A stretch of 64,000 nt of DNA from the human T2T-CHM13v2.0 reference genome, Homo sapiens (GCA_009914755.4 CP068257.2:31616001-31680000); one strand, 5' to 3'; numbered from the stretch's first letter, positions 1 to 15,588 are shown. The notes: a model not told the origin generated them from the sequence alone. Program-made: numbers and translations.

Positions 1-1
1 G

Positions 2-342
<341 letters not shown>

Positions 343-1015
343 AGTGTTTTCTTAATACAGCAACTCCACCCCCTCATTATAACCCAATGTTCTTTTGTGT
401 GTGAACATCAAGTGTGCATGCACCTAGTACCCAAAGCTCAGAGGAGAAGACTAGACCCCAAGAACAGGCCTACCCCTTCTTTCTTTCCCTGTGACTCAAG
501 TCAGTTCCCTAACACACTGTGTTAACAGCCCCAGCTGTGTTACTTTTTCAATTTCCCACTTTACAACGAGTTTCCAAGAGAACCATCTGGTCTCAGCTTC
601 CTGTTGTAGGCTATGCGGGTGTGCACGTGCTCATACATGATTAGCAAAGTGGTAAGGATAACTGAATCCCCCTGTGGCAAACAATTCGGATACGACATTT
701 GCTGGATTTGTGTGCATGTTTACGTATGTGTATAAACAGACATCTGTGTGTACACACAGAAAAGAAAGAAAATCAGAATTTATAGTTCATGGTATTTGGG
801 TTGTTAAAGAATGCATATTAAAGTAACAGTGAGATATGTTTCATGGCTCAAATGATAAATATGAAAAATACATAAATATCCAGGTTTAGAGGGAATACAA
901 AGAGTGTGCTTTGGCATGGTCCATCTGAAGTAATTGGCAGCATGTATTAAAAACCTTAACATGTGCTTACTCTAATCCAGAATTCTTTAGTAATTTGTCC
1001 CAAAGAAATTATTAA

Positions 1016-1140
1016 GGCCAGGCACAGTGGCTCACACCTGTAATCCCAGCACTTTGGGAGGCCTAGACCAGTGTATCACTTGAGCTCAGGAGTTCAAGAC
1101 CAGCCCGAGCAACATGGGGAAACCCTATGTCTACATTAAA
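1016..1140 (+). mobile_element. Alu left-monomer / FLAM-like fragment
   Basis: ggccaggcacagtggctcacacctgtaatcccagcactttgggagg, followed by a purine microsatellite. Confidence 0.8.
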
Positions 1141-1225
1141 AAAGAAAGAGAGAAAGAAAGAAAGTTAGGGGGGAGGGAGGGAGGGGGGGAGAGAGAGAGA
1201 GAGAAAGAGAAAAGAAAGAAAGAAA
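1135..1225. repeat. Purine-rich (GAAA)n/(GGGA)n/(GA)n compound microsatellite
   Basis: aaaaagaaagagagaaagaaagaaagttaggggggagggagggagggggggagagagagagagagaaagagaaaagaaagaaagaa. Confidence 0.95.
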
Positions 1226-1438
1226 TTATTAACGACAAATGCAAAAATTTAGTTCCAAGAATATCCCATGATACATTAAGTCTTTAATAAAAATCAGAGA
1301 CAATTTAAATGTTCAAAACAGTGAATCAGTTAAATCATGATACAGTCACTTAGTGGAATAGCATTAGCAATGAAAAATTATGATGTAAATCAGGACTTGG
1401 CAGATTTTCTATACAGGGCCAGAGAAGAACCACTTTAG

Positions 1439-1663
<225 letters not shown>

Positions 1664-1815
1664 TAGGATCAAAACAGTTCTGAGTGGGCAATCAATGCAC
1701 TTGACTGTCTCTTTTGAAAGGAAATTTGCAGTTGAACAATTAAAGCTAAAACGTCAGGCTTCAGTATGGTCCGACTTAGGGAAGAAGTCACTATGGTTCA
1801 TTCACTATTGATCTA

Positions 1816-2250
<435 letters not shown>

Positions 2251-3242
2251 TTATTTGAAAAGGAGAGTTTAGCTGAGCCACCCGTGAAAAGCATCTGTCG
2301 CTGCCTCTCTGGCCCTCACACACAGTAAGGAAGTGGCTTATCTGGCAGGTTCTGTCCTCTCCTAATTTCTGCAAAGGACCTGACTCTCAGTAACCTCAGG
2401 GTTATCTGGTATCAGACAGCCCTGCATCTTCAATTTTTGTTGTCCCTAGCCCTCCAAATGCTGGAATAAGTGGAAATGGACAAATTGCTCTCACCGGTGT
2501 AGCAGCAGCTTATGTCTGTAGAGCCCTTTGCCAAGTATAAAACCCTTGCAAGTGAGACCAGCCTGAGAGATAATCAGGGTAGATGCATTTCAGGCGGAGG
2601 GCACAGGAAGTTCAAAGGCTCTGAGGCTGGAGTGGGCCCGGTGTATTTCAGCAACAGCGAGGAGAGGTGGCTGAACTGGAGTGACCAGGCAGGAGATGAA
2701 GAGGAGGTGAGGTCAGAGGGTAAATGTGGCTGGACCTGGTAGGAGTTTGTGGGTCTGGGTCTTCTGAGTGTGATGGAAGCCTGTGGAACCCAAGGCTTAA
2801 CAGAGCATCCTGGCTGGGCTGTTAAAAATAGACCACAGGGGCAAAGATGGGAGTTAGGAGACCAACTAAGACACAATCCAGGGTGGCAGTCACTTAAGAG
2901 GCAGTAACAAATTATATGATTATTATCATTTTTCTTTTAATATCGACATGGATTATAATCAGTACTCTAGGAAAAGGAGCAAAAATGGGTGAAAAATAAG
3001 TTTATGTGGCCTAAGGACTATGTGGAATGTCATTAAATCTGTTTCAATCATGTCTCGTTTGTGTTCACCCCATAAGCAACTAACTCTATGTTTTAGATTA
3101 TGATTCCTAAAATAAGAGACTGTTGCTTATTAGGATATTGACTACTCTATAAGAGGAAAAACTGTAGTTAATAGGCATCTTCTTCATAAGGAAAATTAGC
3201 CTTTAAATCCAGAAAAAAAAATAAGCTACTAGTATAATCTAA

Positions 3243-3688
<446 letters not shown>

Positions 3689-4589
3689 TGATGAATGAAG
3701 CAGGTGAGGGTTAGATAGGGTTAGAGGGTTTGGGACATGTTAAATTCCAGGTGTCCGTAAGGAATCTAGGAGGAGACGTGGGGAAGGAGCTGGATGTGCC
3801 AGTCTGTTGTCCAGGAGAGAACCCGCAGCTAGAGAGAGAGCCTGGGAGTCACTGGCTTCTTGGTGCATGTTGAATGCCCTAAGACCAGATGAGGTCACCT
3901 GGGAATAGACACTCAGAGAGAAAACAAGACATCCAGTGACAGAGCCCAGGAACATTCCAAAATTTGGAGATCTGGCAAATGAGGAAGAAACAGCAAAATC
4001 GACTGAGAAAGAGCAACCAGCATGGTAGGGAGAGAAGCAGGTGAGAGTGATGTCCCGGTAGCTGAGAGAAGAACTTTCCAGAAGGTGAAAGTGGTCTACT
4101 GAGTCCAGTGCTGTAAATGGGACAATTGAAGAGGACTGACTATTGGATTTAGCAACATTGTGTCCTTGATAAAAGTAGTTTTAATAGAGTTAGGGGCAAA
4201 GAGCTGGTTGGAGTAGATTCAAGAAAGAGTGGGAGGAGAAAAATTGGAGACAGTGAAGAGAGCTCATTCTTCCAAGGAATTTTTCCAAACAGGGAAGGAG
4301 ATTGTGTGCTGGCCACTGGAGGGGAAGCTTTTAGTTTGTTGGGTCGTAAGTTTGTTTGTTTACTAACTCCTCCTCCCAAACAGAAATTTACAGAAAAACA
4401 TCATTACTGAAGGCTGTATTTGAGCTGCTAGGAATCCTCATTTATTAAACTGCTAGTAAGAATGTATTTTAAAAACTGTAAAACATGATACAAAAGTTAT
4501 TATTCATGAAAGAGCCTTCATATCATCTTTTAAATTCTGAAGTGAAATGCAACTACAGGAAAGAAGAGGCAAGGTGTTTAAAGGGAGAT

Positions 4590-4930
<341 letters not shown>

Positions 4931-4974
4931 TGATAAAGGGAGAAGATGAGAAACTAGACATCAGTCAGTTTTGT

Positions 4975-5150
4975 CACAGACAAGCTCTGTGACCTTGGAG
5001 AAGTTACTTAGCCACACTGAGCTACAGTTTTCTCATCCGTTGAATGGAGGTAATGCCTATTTTGCAGACTGTTTTGAAAGTCAAAAGGGTTAATGTTTAT
5101 GAAGGCACTTTCTCAAGTGTAAAGTAGACACACACTGTCCATGAGAGAAG
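4975..5150 (+). repeat. MIR (mammalian-wide interspersed repeat) fragment
   Basis: ctctgtgaccttggagaagttacttagccacactgagctacagttttctcatccgttgaatggaggtaatgcc matches the MIR core. Confidence 0.7.
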
Positions 5151-5420
5151 ATAATCTTGTAAAAATGACGTCACAGAGACTTTTATTCCTCTTTGAAGAC
5201 TTTTATCTCATTTGTAAAATGAAGGCGCTAGACTAGATGTCATGGTTATAAAATATGTGTGTGTGCAGGTGTATATTAAAAGTGCATGTAGGTGTAGTTT
5301 TCTGATAAATTACTTGCTCCAGATGACTTATAAATCCTTTTTCTTACCAAGCCTGTGATAAATCTAACCCTGTTTGAGATTTGAAGACAAATCCCAAAAG
5401 AGATTAAGGCCTGCCTCTAA

Positions 5421-5696
<276 letters not shown>

Positions 5697-7039
5697 TAAA
5701 GAAAAGAATCTGAAAAGAATTCATGGAGCACTAAAGGTCTTTCTTCCAGTAAACACCTCACAGAGATGTTTTCTGTTGGTTCGTGTGTATGATCTGGTAG
5801 AGTCACTTTTATATTGTCATACCAAAAAACAATCAGATACTACTCGATGAGATCAGAAATCTTGAAATGGAAACGCTTTTGTTTCAGGGAGTCAGGATTA
5901 AATTCAGCACTGTGTGCCCTTTGTGTGGCCATTGCTGAAGCCAAATGCCAGAAGAGGTGGAGTTGCTTGAGACAGTGGTATACAGTGGCATTAAGGGGTG
6001 AAAAGGTGGAAGCAGCGAGGTTGGGTGCAGTTCATGGATGTGATCTGGCATCAGCTCTCGCTCATAGATGAAAGGAACCCTTGCCAGGGTGTACGAGAAA
6101 ATCACTGATGAAGGCTGAACACCTTTCTGTTACACAGACATCAGAACAATAAACAGTGTGATCCCAAACCTTCTTCCCCTTTGGAGTGAGAACAATCAAG
6201 CCTCGGAACTCCCTGCTGATTGTTTTCTCAGGAAGTAGCCAAGTTTCCACCTGTTTTACCAAAAGTGAGAAGCTATGCAAGTCTCCCTCAAAGAAGCCCT
6301 TCTAAATGTCCCAACCGCAGTGTTAGGGGAAAGAGGTCCCAATCCATACCCCAAGAGAGGGTTCTTGGATCTTGCGCAAGAAAGAATTCAGAGCGAGTCC
6401 GTAAAGTGAAAGCAAGTTTATTAGGAAAGTAAAGGAGTAAAGAATGACTACTCTATAGACAGAGCAGCCCCGAGGGCTGCTGGTTGCCCATTTTTATGAT
6501 TATTTCTTGATGATATGCTAAACAAGGGGTGGATTATTCATGCCTCCCCTTTTTAGACCATGTAGGGTAACTTCCTCACATTGCCATGGCATTTGTAAAC
6601 TCATGGTGCTGGTGAGAGTGTGGCAGTGAGGACGACCATCTTGGTTTTGGTGGGTTTTGGCCGGCTTTACTGCCATCTGTTTTATCAGCAAGGTCTTTAC
6701 CAACGGTATCTTGTGCCAACCCCCTATCTCATCCTGTAAGTTACAATGCCTAGACTGTCTGGGAATGCAGCCCAGTAGGTCCCAGCCCCATTTTACCCAG
6801 CTCAAGATGGAGTTGCTCTGGCTCAAATGCCTCTGACACCAATGGAAGTATCTTTAATGTTCTGATTTACCAGAATAAAAATAAGGTAGGATCTATAAAG
6901 AAATTACTTTAGTTGTAAACCAAAATAAAATTCTAAGCCCCCCAACCAACTGAATGGATCCCTCCTCTCAGCCAAGGGCCGAGTAAAGTAAAGTAAACCT
7001 GAAACACTAGTTCAGGCCATGATGGGAGTGAGTGGTCCA

Positions 7040-7760
7040 GACGTGCCTCACGGGACCTTCCTACCTTTGGAATTCAGGCACAGCTGGCCAGCACTAATAT
7101 TAAAACAGAAACCTTAAGACTGACAAAAAGATGCTTTGTAGCACTAATACCAGCATGATGGATAGCAGGCCCTAAAAGAAACCAAAGTGTTTTACCCCAA
7201 AATACATTTCTTTGACATATTTTGAAATGGCCCTGCAAAGCTGTCTCTTGCAGGGAAAATCTGCTTTCTATAAAGAACCCCCTTCCCAGTCCAGGTGTTC
7301 TTCCTGATCCAAGAGAGAATTCACTAAGAGTCTGGCACTTTTTTAAGTCCGGTAAGAAACATTTACAGTCTGTTCTCTCTGAAGCCTGCTACCAGAGGCT
7401 TCATCTGCGTAATAGGAACCGTGGCCTCCGCAACCCTTTGTCTTAACCCAGATGCTTCCTTTTATTAATTCCAAGTTTTTAATCAGAAAATCTTTGAATC
7501 TACCTATGACCTGGAAGCCCCCGCACTTCGAATTGTCCCACCTTTCCAGATTGAACCAGTGTACATCTTACATGCATTGATTGATGCCTTATGTCTCCCT
7601 AAAATGTATAAAACCAAGCTGCACCCTGACCAAGGGTTCTCGGGATCTCCTGGGGCTGTGTCATGGGCCATTGGTCACTCATATTTGACTCAGACTGAAT
7701 CTCTTCAAGTATGTTACTGACTTTGGCTCTTTTCATTGACAAAGTGATATGGTCACTTGT
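7040..7760 (+). repeat. ERV-type LTR-like element of unassigned family. It has a TATA box tgtataaaacc at about 7604 and a downstream degenerate poly(A)-like region.
   Basis: The layout is LTR-like: U3-like unique sequence, TATAAAA, then about 90 nt to gactgaatctcttc. I cannot assign a family name from memory. Confidence 0.3.
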
Positions 7761-9959
7761 GAATGAAGTGAGCCACGGAACGTTGCCTGGCACATAACGG
7801 TGCTCTGTGTTGGCTTCACTACAGGGCAATATGATTTGATTCTCTAGTGTTCCTCAAGACCAGATGATGCACAGGCTGGTTCTAAAGGAAAAAACATGTC
7901 AAACACCTTTAGCGTAAGTTATTTTTATGTCAGCAAATACAGGCAAACTTAAAACTGCATATAGATTCTGACTATAGCTCTTTCAAAAATATAAATCCAA
8001 AATAAATGTGCATGTCTTTGTTCTAACACCAGCTATCTGACACTAACTAGTTGTCCAATGATTCCATTCATTTCTGATACTACCCCAGGTTAGCACAGAC
8101 CCCACAGGTTAAAGGCTCAGTCCCACAAAACTGCCTGCCCCCACTTCAGATGCCAGCCACAAGTCATGGGTGACAAGGTTCCCTGCACTTCCACCTGACT
8201 TGGCTACAAATTCAGGAGTTCCCATGACCTCCCTTTAGGTTTGATAATTTGCTAAAATGACTCACAGAACTCAGGAAAGTGTTATGGCTTATGATTACCA
8301 TTTTATTATAAAGGAATTGATGGACAGCCATTGAAGAGGTGCACAGGACAAGGTCTGAAAGGGTCCCAAGTGCAGGAGCTTCTGTCCCTGGGGAGTCAGG
8401 GTGTACCACCCTCTCTGTACATTCATCTGTTCATGAATTTGGGGACTCCCCAACCCTTGGTGTTCACAGTTTGTATTGGGTTTCATTATGTATGTGTGAT
8501 TGATTAAATTACTGGCTGCAGGATTGAACTCAGTCTCCAGCCCACTCCCCTCCTTGGATAGAGGTCAAATGGGGGAGCTGGAAGTTCCAACCGTCTGATC
8601 ATGTGGTTAGTTTTTCTAGGGACCAGCCCTCATCCTGAAGCTATCCACACCCTGCCCCATCACCTCACAAGCATAAACTCATATGTGGCCCCTAAAAGAG
8701 GCTTGTTAACAAAAGACACTCCTAACGTTCAGGAAATTCCACAGGTTTTTGAAGCTCTGCTCCAGGAACTAGGGACAAAGACTGGATATATATGTATATT
8801 TTATTATATCATTGATCTTACATACAAACGAAACTCTTATAGACAATAAAAACTGAAATTAGTGACCTGGCAGACAGATGGTGGTTTATTGAAACTCAGT
8901 CCCCAGTTCCAAGGTGAATGTGTTGCTGATGAGAAGGCACAAGCTCCTTGGAGGTTGATGAATTCTGTGATGACTCACTTTCTCCCCTGACTCTTTTCCA
9001 TTTCACCTACTAAGATGTTCATGTAACAACATCCTCTCAGGTCATTCCATTTTTACTTGGCGTGAATGCGTCATGTTGCACATCAAGTCAGCCCTCATTC
9101 TTTGATTATTACCCGAGATAGGTCAAGTACCGCTCTCTTTAATTATCCAAATACTGTACCTGATGTCAAATTCTTGTTTGAAACTCAGGAAGCAAATAGG
9201 TTCAGATAACGTGGCCTCTGTCACTATCTGCTTGCCATCTGACGTGCCCTCAACCAGCCAAACTCAGAAACCAGACAGGTTTGGATGGTGAGGGGTCTTG
9301 GAAGGATAGCCTGAGACCAGCATTAACATAGGCTCAGCAGTAAGCACTGTGACCCAATCCTAGGGCAGACTGATATGGGGGGATTTTAGCCCAGACATCT
9401 GGAGAAACACCTTCCCCTTGTCAAGCCTTAAAACTAATGGTTTGTCTCTTTTATTAATATTAAGGCCCTAAGGAAAAGCTCTATTCATTCATTTGACAAA
9501 TGTTTATTGGGGGCCTGTTATGAGCCAGATTCTTTTCTGGATATTGAGGATTTAGCAGTGAACAAAACAGATTAAAAACTTCTCACCTTGTGGAGCTTAC
9601 ATTGCAGTAGGAGACAGAATAACAAGATCAACATGTAAAATAGACAGTATGTTAAGTAAGTACCATGGAAAGAAATTATGCGGGAAAGGAGGTGAGGGGG
9701 ATGTCAGGTTGAGGAGAGCAGGTTGCTGTTTTTAATAGGATAGTGTCTTGATTTGCATTTGCTAGAAGCAGAGCCTGGGATGTGAATTCATATTCAAGTG
9801 TGATTTATTGGTGGGGGCATCTTAGGAGAAGGGGAAAGAGGGAACAGGTAGGTACAGGGAGAGAGAAATTAAGCAGGCATGTGGCTCTCAGCTGAGCCTG
9901 ATCCCAAGGGGTTCTCGGAAGCGTGAACTGTATCCTCAAGTCAGCAGCCAGTCAGTTAC

Positions 9960-10660
9960 TGGTGGTGATCTATGGCATGGCCTCCAGATGAGGCAGCCCC
10001 CTTTTGGGCAAGGGCAGTTCCTTATGTGTCCGGAGTTGGTTCCTGCCAATGGGTTCGTGGTCTCGCTGACTTCAAGAATGGAGCCGCAGACCTTCCTGGT
10101 GAGCGTTAACAGCTCTTAAAGATGGCACAGACCCAAAGAGTGAGCAGTAGCATGGTTTATTGTGAAGAGCGAAAGGACAAAGCTTTCACACCCTGGAAGG
10201 GGACCTGAGCGGGTTGCCACTGCTGGCTGGAGGTGGCCAGCTTTTATTCCCTTATTGTCCCTTCCCGTGTTCGTTTCTGTCCTATCAGAGTGCCCTTTTT
10301 TCAGTCCTCCTCGTGATTGGCTACTTTTAGGATCCTGCTGATTGGTGCATTTTACAGAGCGCTGATTGGTGCGTTTTAGAGTGCTGATTGGTGCGTTTTA
10401 CAGAATGCTGACTTGTGCATTTTACAATCCTCTTGTGAGACAGGAAAGTCCCTGATTGGTGCGTTTTACAATCCTCTTGTAAGACAAGAAAGTTCCCTAA
10501 GTCCTCACTCCACCCAGGAAGTCCAGCTGGCCTCACCTTTCACTTAGAGAAGGATCAGCTCTGAGAGATATCAGCAGACACGTGCGGCAGCAGTAGTGGG
10601 TGTGCACTGACTGGAAAAGGGGACATGGGCAGGCCACCCACAGCATCCACCACAGATGGC
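9960..10660 (-). mobile_element. Solo HERV9 LTR12-type LTR in antisense orientation. It carries tandem about 20-bp repeats with CCAAT (NF-Y) boxes at about 10320-10480.
   Basis: On the + strand the repeats read gctgattggtgc(g/a)ttttaca (ATTGG is CCAAT on the minus strand). The U5-like segment gacttcaagaatggagccgcagaccttcctggtgagcgttaacagctcttaaagatggcacagacccaaagagtgagcagtagcatggtttattgtgaagagcgaaaggacaaagctttc is the reverse complement of the LTR12 R/U5 region, including the AATAAACCATGCTAC poly(A) region. Confidence 0.65.
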
Positions 10661-10824
10661 CACAGATGGCCTTCCTGAGAAGGTAGCATTTGAATAAAGA
10701 CCCAAGGGAGATGCGGTAAGCAGAATAATGGCCCCCAAAGATGTCTACATCCTAATCCCAGATATGTGAACAGGCTAACCTCTATGCCAAAGGGGCTTGT
10801 GGGTGTGATGAAATTGAAGATCTT

Positions 10825-11220
<396 letters not shown>

Positions 11221-13398
11221 CTAGAAGCTGGGAAAGGCAAAGAAATGGGTTTTCCCCTAGAGCCTCCATAAGGAGTTCAGTCCTGCCAACATCTTGATAT
11301 TTTTTATCCCAGTGAAACCCATTTTGGATTTCTGATCTCCAGAACTATTAATATAATATATTTATATTGTTTTATGACACTAACTTTGCATCATTTGTTA
11401 CGGTGGCAATGGGAAACAAACACAAGGTGAGGGAGTGAGTCACGCAAACCTATCAGGGGAAGGAGTTCCATATGCGGGGTTCAGCAAGTGCCAAGTGCCC
11501 GAGGCAGGATATGCCTGGCACGGCACGGCAGGAGTGAACTGAACAAGGGAAGAATAGTAACAGTTCTGGTCAGAAAAGATGGAGGAGCCTGAATGACATA
11601 GAACTTAGAAGCCGTTGCAAGAGATGGGGGCCCTCAGAGGGTTGTGAGCAGGTTGCTCTCCGTGATCTGACGTGGGATGTAAAGGGAACATCCATCCACA
11701 TGCCTTGAAGTGGGAGCCAGGTGACCCCTGGGCTGATTACTGCAGTCACCCAGGGGAGAGGCGGTCTTACTTGTTCCAGAGAGGTAAGTACGGGAGGAAC
11801 TATAAGAGACTGATGTTAGTCATCGCCAGTCTTTTCATAAAGTTCTTTATCTTTTCCATTAAAGATCATTGTGATCAGATATTACCAACCCCGTTGCTCA
11901 GTTCAGCCCTCTGCTTGTGAGGTTTCTTATTTTTTGCTTAAAATATCTCCACAGTGAATCCAGAGACAGACAGGTTTGTCCAAGGCCAAATTTTTAAGAC
12001 ACGACCTGGTCTCTCCTTCCCAAGATGGGTTGATCTGGTCCATCTTTCATGAAGAAGATAGTTAACAGCAGTAACATTCAATCACAGCTTCTCCTTTCTG
12101 AGTCAGAACATTGATGGGATTCATCTCTTTTCAAATATGAATATTTAAAAATAGCATGCATGTATAATTGTCATGACCCCAAGTGAGATTTCTATTTTTT
12201 AGATTATCATCAAGCTGAAAACAAACAAAAATTCTAAGTTCTCCTAAAGAATTCTCAGACTCATGAGAATACCCCAAATTGAGGAATATTATCCTAGCAT
12301 ATTAACTACAATTTACACAATTTGGTTTGGACATAGAGTGCATTGTAGCTGTTATATGCAAGTTGGATGGGTACATGAGTCACAATCTCTGTATTATGCC
12401 ATTCCTTCACCAGTGAAATCACTTTGGTTTACAGTACCCCTTTCAAGAATGTAAACGCTATACATGTCAGAATTTTGTATCCTAAAGGCGTGCCTCTGTG
12501 GCTAGATCTGATTCTGGAACTGTCATTGATATGACAATCCAATCCTTCACACTCTTGATGGAGGTGAGAGTGGATTCTTGAACCCTGTGCTATCTAACAG
12601 TGTTTTTACTGAACTATCAAGGGTTTTTACTGAACTTCTTTCTATTCATTCCTTAACCTTCTGGAAGACTTAGAGTACATAATCCATTTGATTTCCTTTT
12701 TTCTCCCCTCTATCTATTTTTGCCTGAGGCTATAGTTCGAGGATTAATACTAATGAAGACCTTTCTGGAAGTGCAAGAGAGCCTTAGTGATATAACTACT
12801 GATTTTTCAGTCCGGTCGCACTTCAGGAAAATAACTATGGTCAGTCAAAAAGCTGAAATTTTCCAAAAGGAATTTTGATGAGAAACTAAGGGGAACTGTT
12901 AATAGAGCAAGGCAGGTTCTGCAGAGCCCTGACTTGTGGCCCCAGCGTGGCTAAAGTCCAGCCTCAGAATGACCCAGTTGGTTGTTTTCAAGCAAACTTT
13001 CCTTCCCCACTTCTTCCTGCCCGCAGCGCATGCTAACCAGTGTGGCTACCGAACGTTTGAGATGTGTTTCATGTGACTGAGAGACCGAGCTCTTAATTCT
13101 GTTTAATTTTAATCATTTAAATTCAGCCAGCTGCAGCCAGTGGCTACTCCACTGTACAGTGCAGTTATAGAACATAAACTGAAGGAAATTTTACTTTTAA
13201 AAGCTAAGTCTATTTTATTGTTTAAAAAATGCACACTTAGATAATTCTCCAGTCTCTGGTATTTCTCAATATAAAACTGTTTTTTCAAACCTTTGGTTTC
13301 TTGATCATCTTGTAACACCAGGCCAATGTACATTTATTTCCATCTGCAATTGTTTATTGCATTTTTTGAAATAAAGTCATTTAATTTTTCATCAACAG

Positions 13399-13529
13399 AA
13401 TCAGCAGAATCTGCCAAAATAGGAGGAATAATTACTGTGTTTTTGATAGCATTGGTCTTGACAAGCACCATAGTGACACTGAAATGGATTGGTTATATAT
13501 GCTTAAGAAATAGCCTCCCCAAAGTCTTG
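13399..13529 (+). CDS. IFNAR2: IFNAR2 transmembrane exon; encodes (E)[43 protein letters not shown]
   Basis: Exact match to IFNAR2 and contains a hydrophobic TM helix. The acceptor AG is at 13397-13398 and the donor is GTAGGT at 13530. The exon is 131 nt long, so skipping it shifts the frame. Confidence 0.9.
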
Positions 13530-13830
13530 GTAGGTAGTTTTTTTGTTTTGTTTTGTTTTTTCTATCTTTGTTTTTTATTTTAACTTAAGAATTTGTATTT
13601 ATATAAATATTTTCACAGAAGAAAATCTCATTTTCTATAAACACCAAAATGCTTTCTCACTCTGAGTTCTTTTCCATATCTATAAATGTATATTTTGCAG
13701 GGTTTTTGTTTTGTTTTTGTTTTTATTATACTTTTAAGTTTTAGGGTACATGTGCACAGTGTGCAGGTTAGTTACATATATATACATGTGCAGTTGTAAG
13801 TGTATCTGTGCATTTTATGTTTTCTTTCCT

Positions 13831-14175
<345 letters not shown>

Positions 14176-14388
14176 TAATGATCAGGTAGAATTTCATTAT
14201 TATTAACATACCATTTTTCATTTAACCATTTCTCAGCTAAAGGGCATTTGGATTTCTTTTCCTTTTCTTTTCTTTGGTGATGATGAATAGTACAATAAAC
14301 ATTTTTATATGGATCGTCTTTTTGTTTTGGATTATGTCAGTGGAACATATACACAAAGTGGATTTATCCTATAAAAAGATTTAAAAAG

Positions 14389-14690
<302 letters not shown>

Positions 14691-14769
14691 TAAAAATATA
14701 AAGAAGCAGCCAAAGGAGAGGAAGTTAAGAGGAGTAAGTCAGAACATAGTCTATGTGGCCAGCAGCCTG

Positions 14770-15300
14770 CCTGGTTTGAAAGGCAGCTGCTCCCACTCAC
14801 TAGTCACAAACCTTGAGCAAGTTTCTTAACTTCTGCACCTCATTTTCTCATCTGTAAAGTGGGCATAAGAATAGTAAGCCTGGCCAGGCGCGGTGGCCAC
14901 GCCTATAAACCCAGCACTTCGGGAGGCCAAGGCAGGTAGATCACGAGGTCGGGAGTTCAAGACCAGCCTGGCCAACATGGTGAAACCCCTTCTCTACTAA
15001 AAATACAAAAATTTGCCGGGCATAGTGGCGGGCGCCTGTAATCCCAGCTACTCAGGAGGCTGAGGCAGAGAATTGCTTGAACCTGGGAGGTGGAGGTTGC
15101 AGTGAGCCAAGACCGCACTACTGCACTCCAGCCTGGGCAACAGAGCGAGACTCCCGTCTCAAAAAAAAAAAAAAAAAAAATAGTAAGCATACCTCATAGA
15201 GCAGTTGCAAGGGAAAGGTAAATTATATATAAAGCACCAAGAGTCATGCCCAGCATATAGTAAGCATGGTGTAACTGTTAGCTGTTATTATTGCTGTTAT
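14770..15300 (+). repeat. MIR element split by the Alu at 14880-15180
   Basis: The 5' part is ...aaccttgagcaagtttcttaacttctgcacctcattttctcatctgtaaagtgggcataagaatagtaagcc. The 3' part is ...atacctcatagagcagttgcaagggaaaggtaaattatatataaagcaccaagagtcatgcccagcatatagtaagcatggtgtaactgttagctgttattatt. Confidence 0.7.
14880..15180 (+). mobile_element. Alu (sense) inserted into a MIR; TSD atagtaagc
   Basis: Consensus match. The TSD copies are at 14871-14879 and 15180-15188. Confidence 0.9.
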
Positions 15301-15344
15301 CATCATCAACTGCATCATCATTCAATCTCATTAAGTTTATTTTT

Positions 15345-15505
15345 TATTTTTTTAGAGGCAAGGTCTCACTAAGGGCTGGAATGCAGTGGCTATTCACAGG
15401 TGCAGTCATAATGCACTACAGTCTGAAACTCCTGAGCTCAAACAGTCGTCCTGCCTAAGCTTCCCCAGTAGCTGGGATTACAAGCGTGCATCCCTGTGCC
15501 CCAGT
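15345..15505 (-). mobile_element. Partial antisense Alu exonised as the IFNAR2 short-isoform terminal exon
   Basis: tttttagaggcaaggtctcactaagggctggaatgcagtggc ... cttccccagtagctgggattacaagcgtgc is an antisense Alu right arm. Confidence 0.85.
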
Positions 15506-15511
15506 GATTAA
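15356..15511 (+). CDS. IFNAR2: IFNAR2 short-isoform (IFNAR2b-type) alternative terminal coding exon. It is derived from an antisense Alu and encodes [51 protein letters not shown] followed by a stop.
   Basis: The Alu-encoded tail [17 protein letters not shown] matches the known short cytoplasmic tail of IFNAR2 isoform b. The acceptor is tttttAG at 15354-15355, formed from the Alu poly-T. The exon is in frame with the TM exon and has a TAA stop at 15509-15511. Confidence 0.8.
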   Translation, partial: RQGLTKGWNAVAIHRCSHNALQSETPELKQSSCLSFPSSWDYKRASLCPSD

Positions 15512-15527
15512 GTTTTATTATGTAGAA

Positions 15528-15533
15528 AATAAA
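15528..15533 (+). terminator. IFNAR2: AATAAA hexamer 17 nt after the stop codon of the Alu-derived IFNAR2 exon
   Basis: Motif read directly from the sequence. It sits between the short-isoform stop and the acceptor of the final exon. Confidence 0.4.
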
Positions 15534-15588
15534 GAGCAAACAGTTACAGCTGATATGGACTCTCTCTCTCTTTTTTTTTTTTTTTAAG

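Noticed and set aside
5100-5420. AT-rich segment just upstream of the IFNAR2 exon at 5463, considered as an additional exon
   Set aside because: There is no match to the IFNAR2 protein. The protein sequence runs directly from ...IVKK (the exon ending at 1645) to HKPEIK (the exon starting at 5463).
8200-9450. A possible unclassified interspersed repeat, with motifs resembling old DNA transposon or MER elements
   Set aside because: I could not match it confidently to any family consensus from memory, so I left it unannotated rather than guess.
10320-10500. A regularly spaced direct-repeat array of about 20-bp units, superficially like a CRISPR array
   Set aside because: The units are contiguous and degenerate with no unique spacers. 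The context is a human LTR12 retroviral LTR, so this is the LTR12 CCAAT-box tandem repeat. No prokaryotic features occur anywhere in the window.
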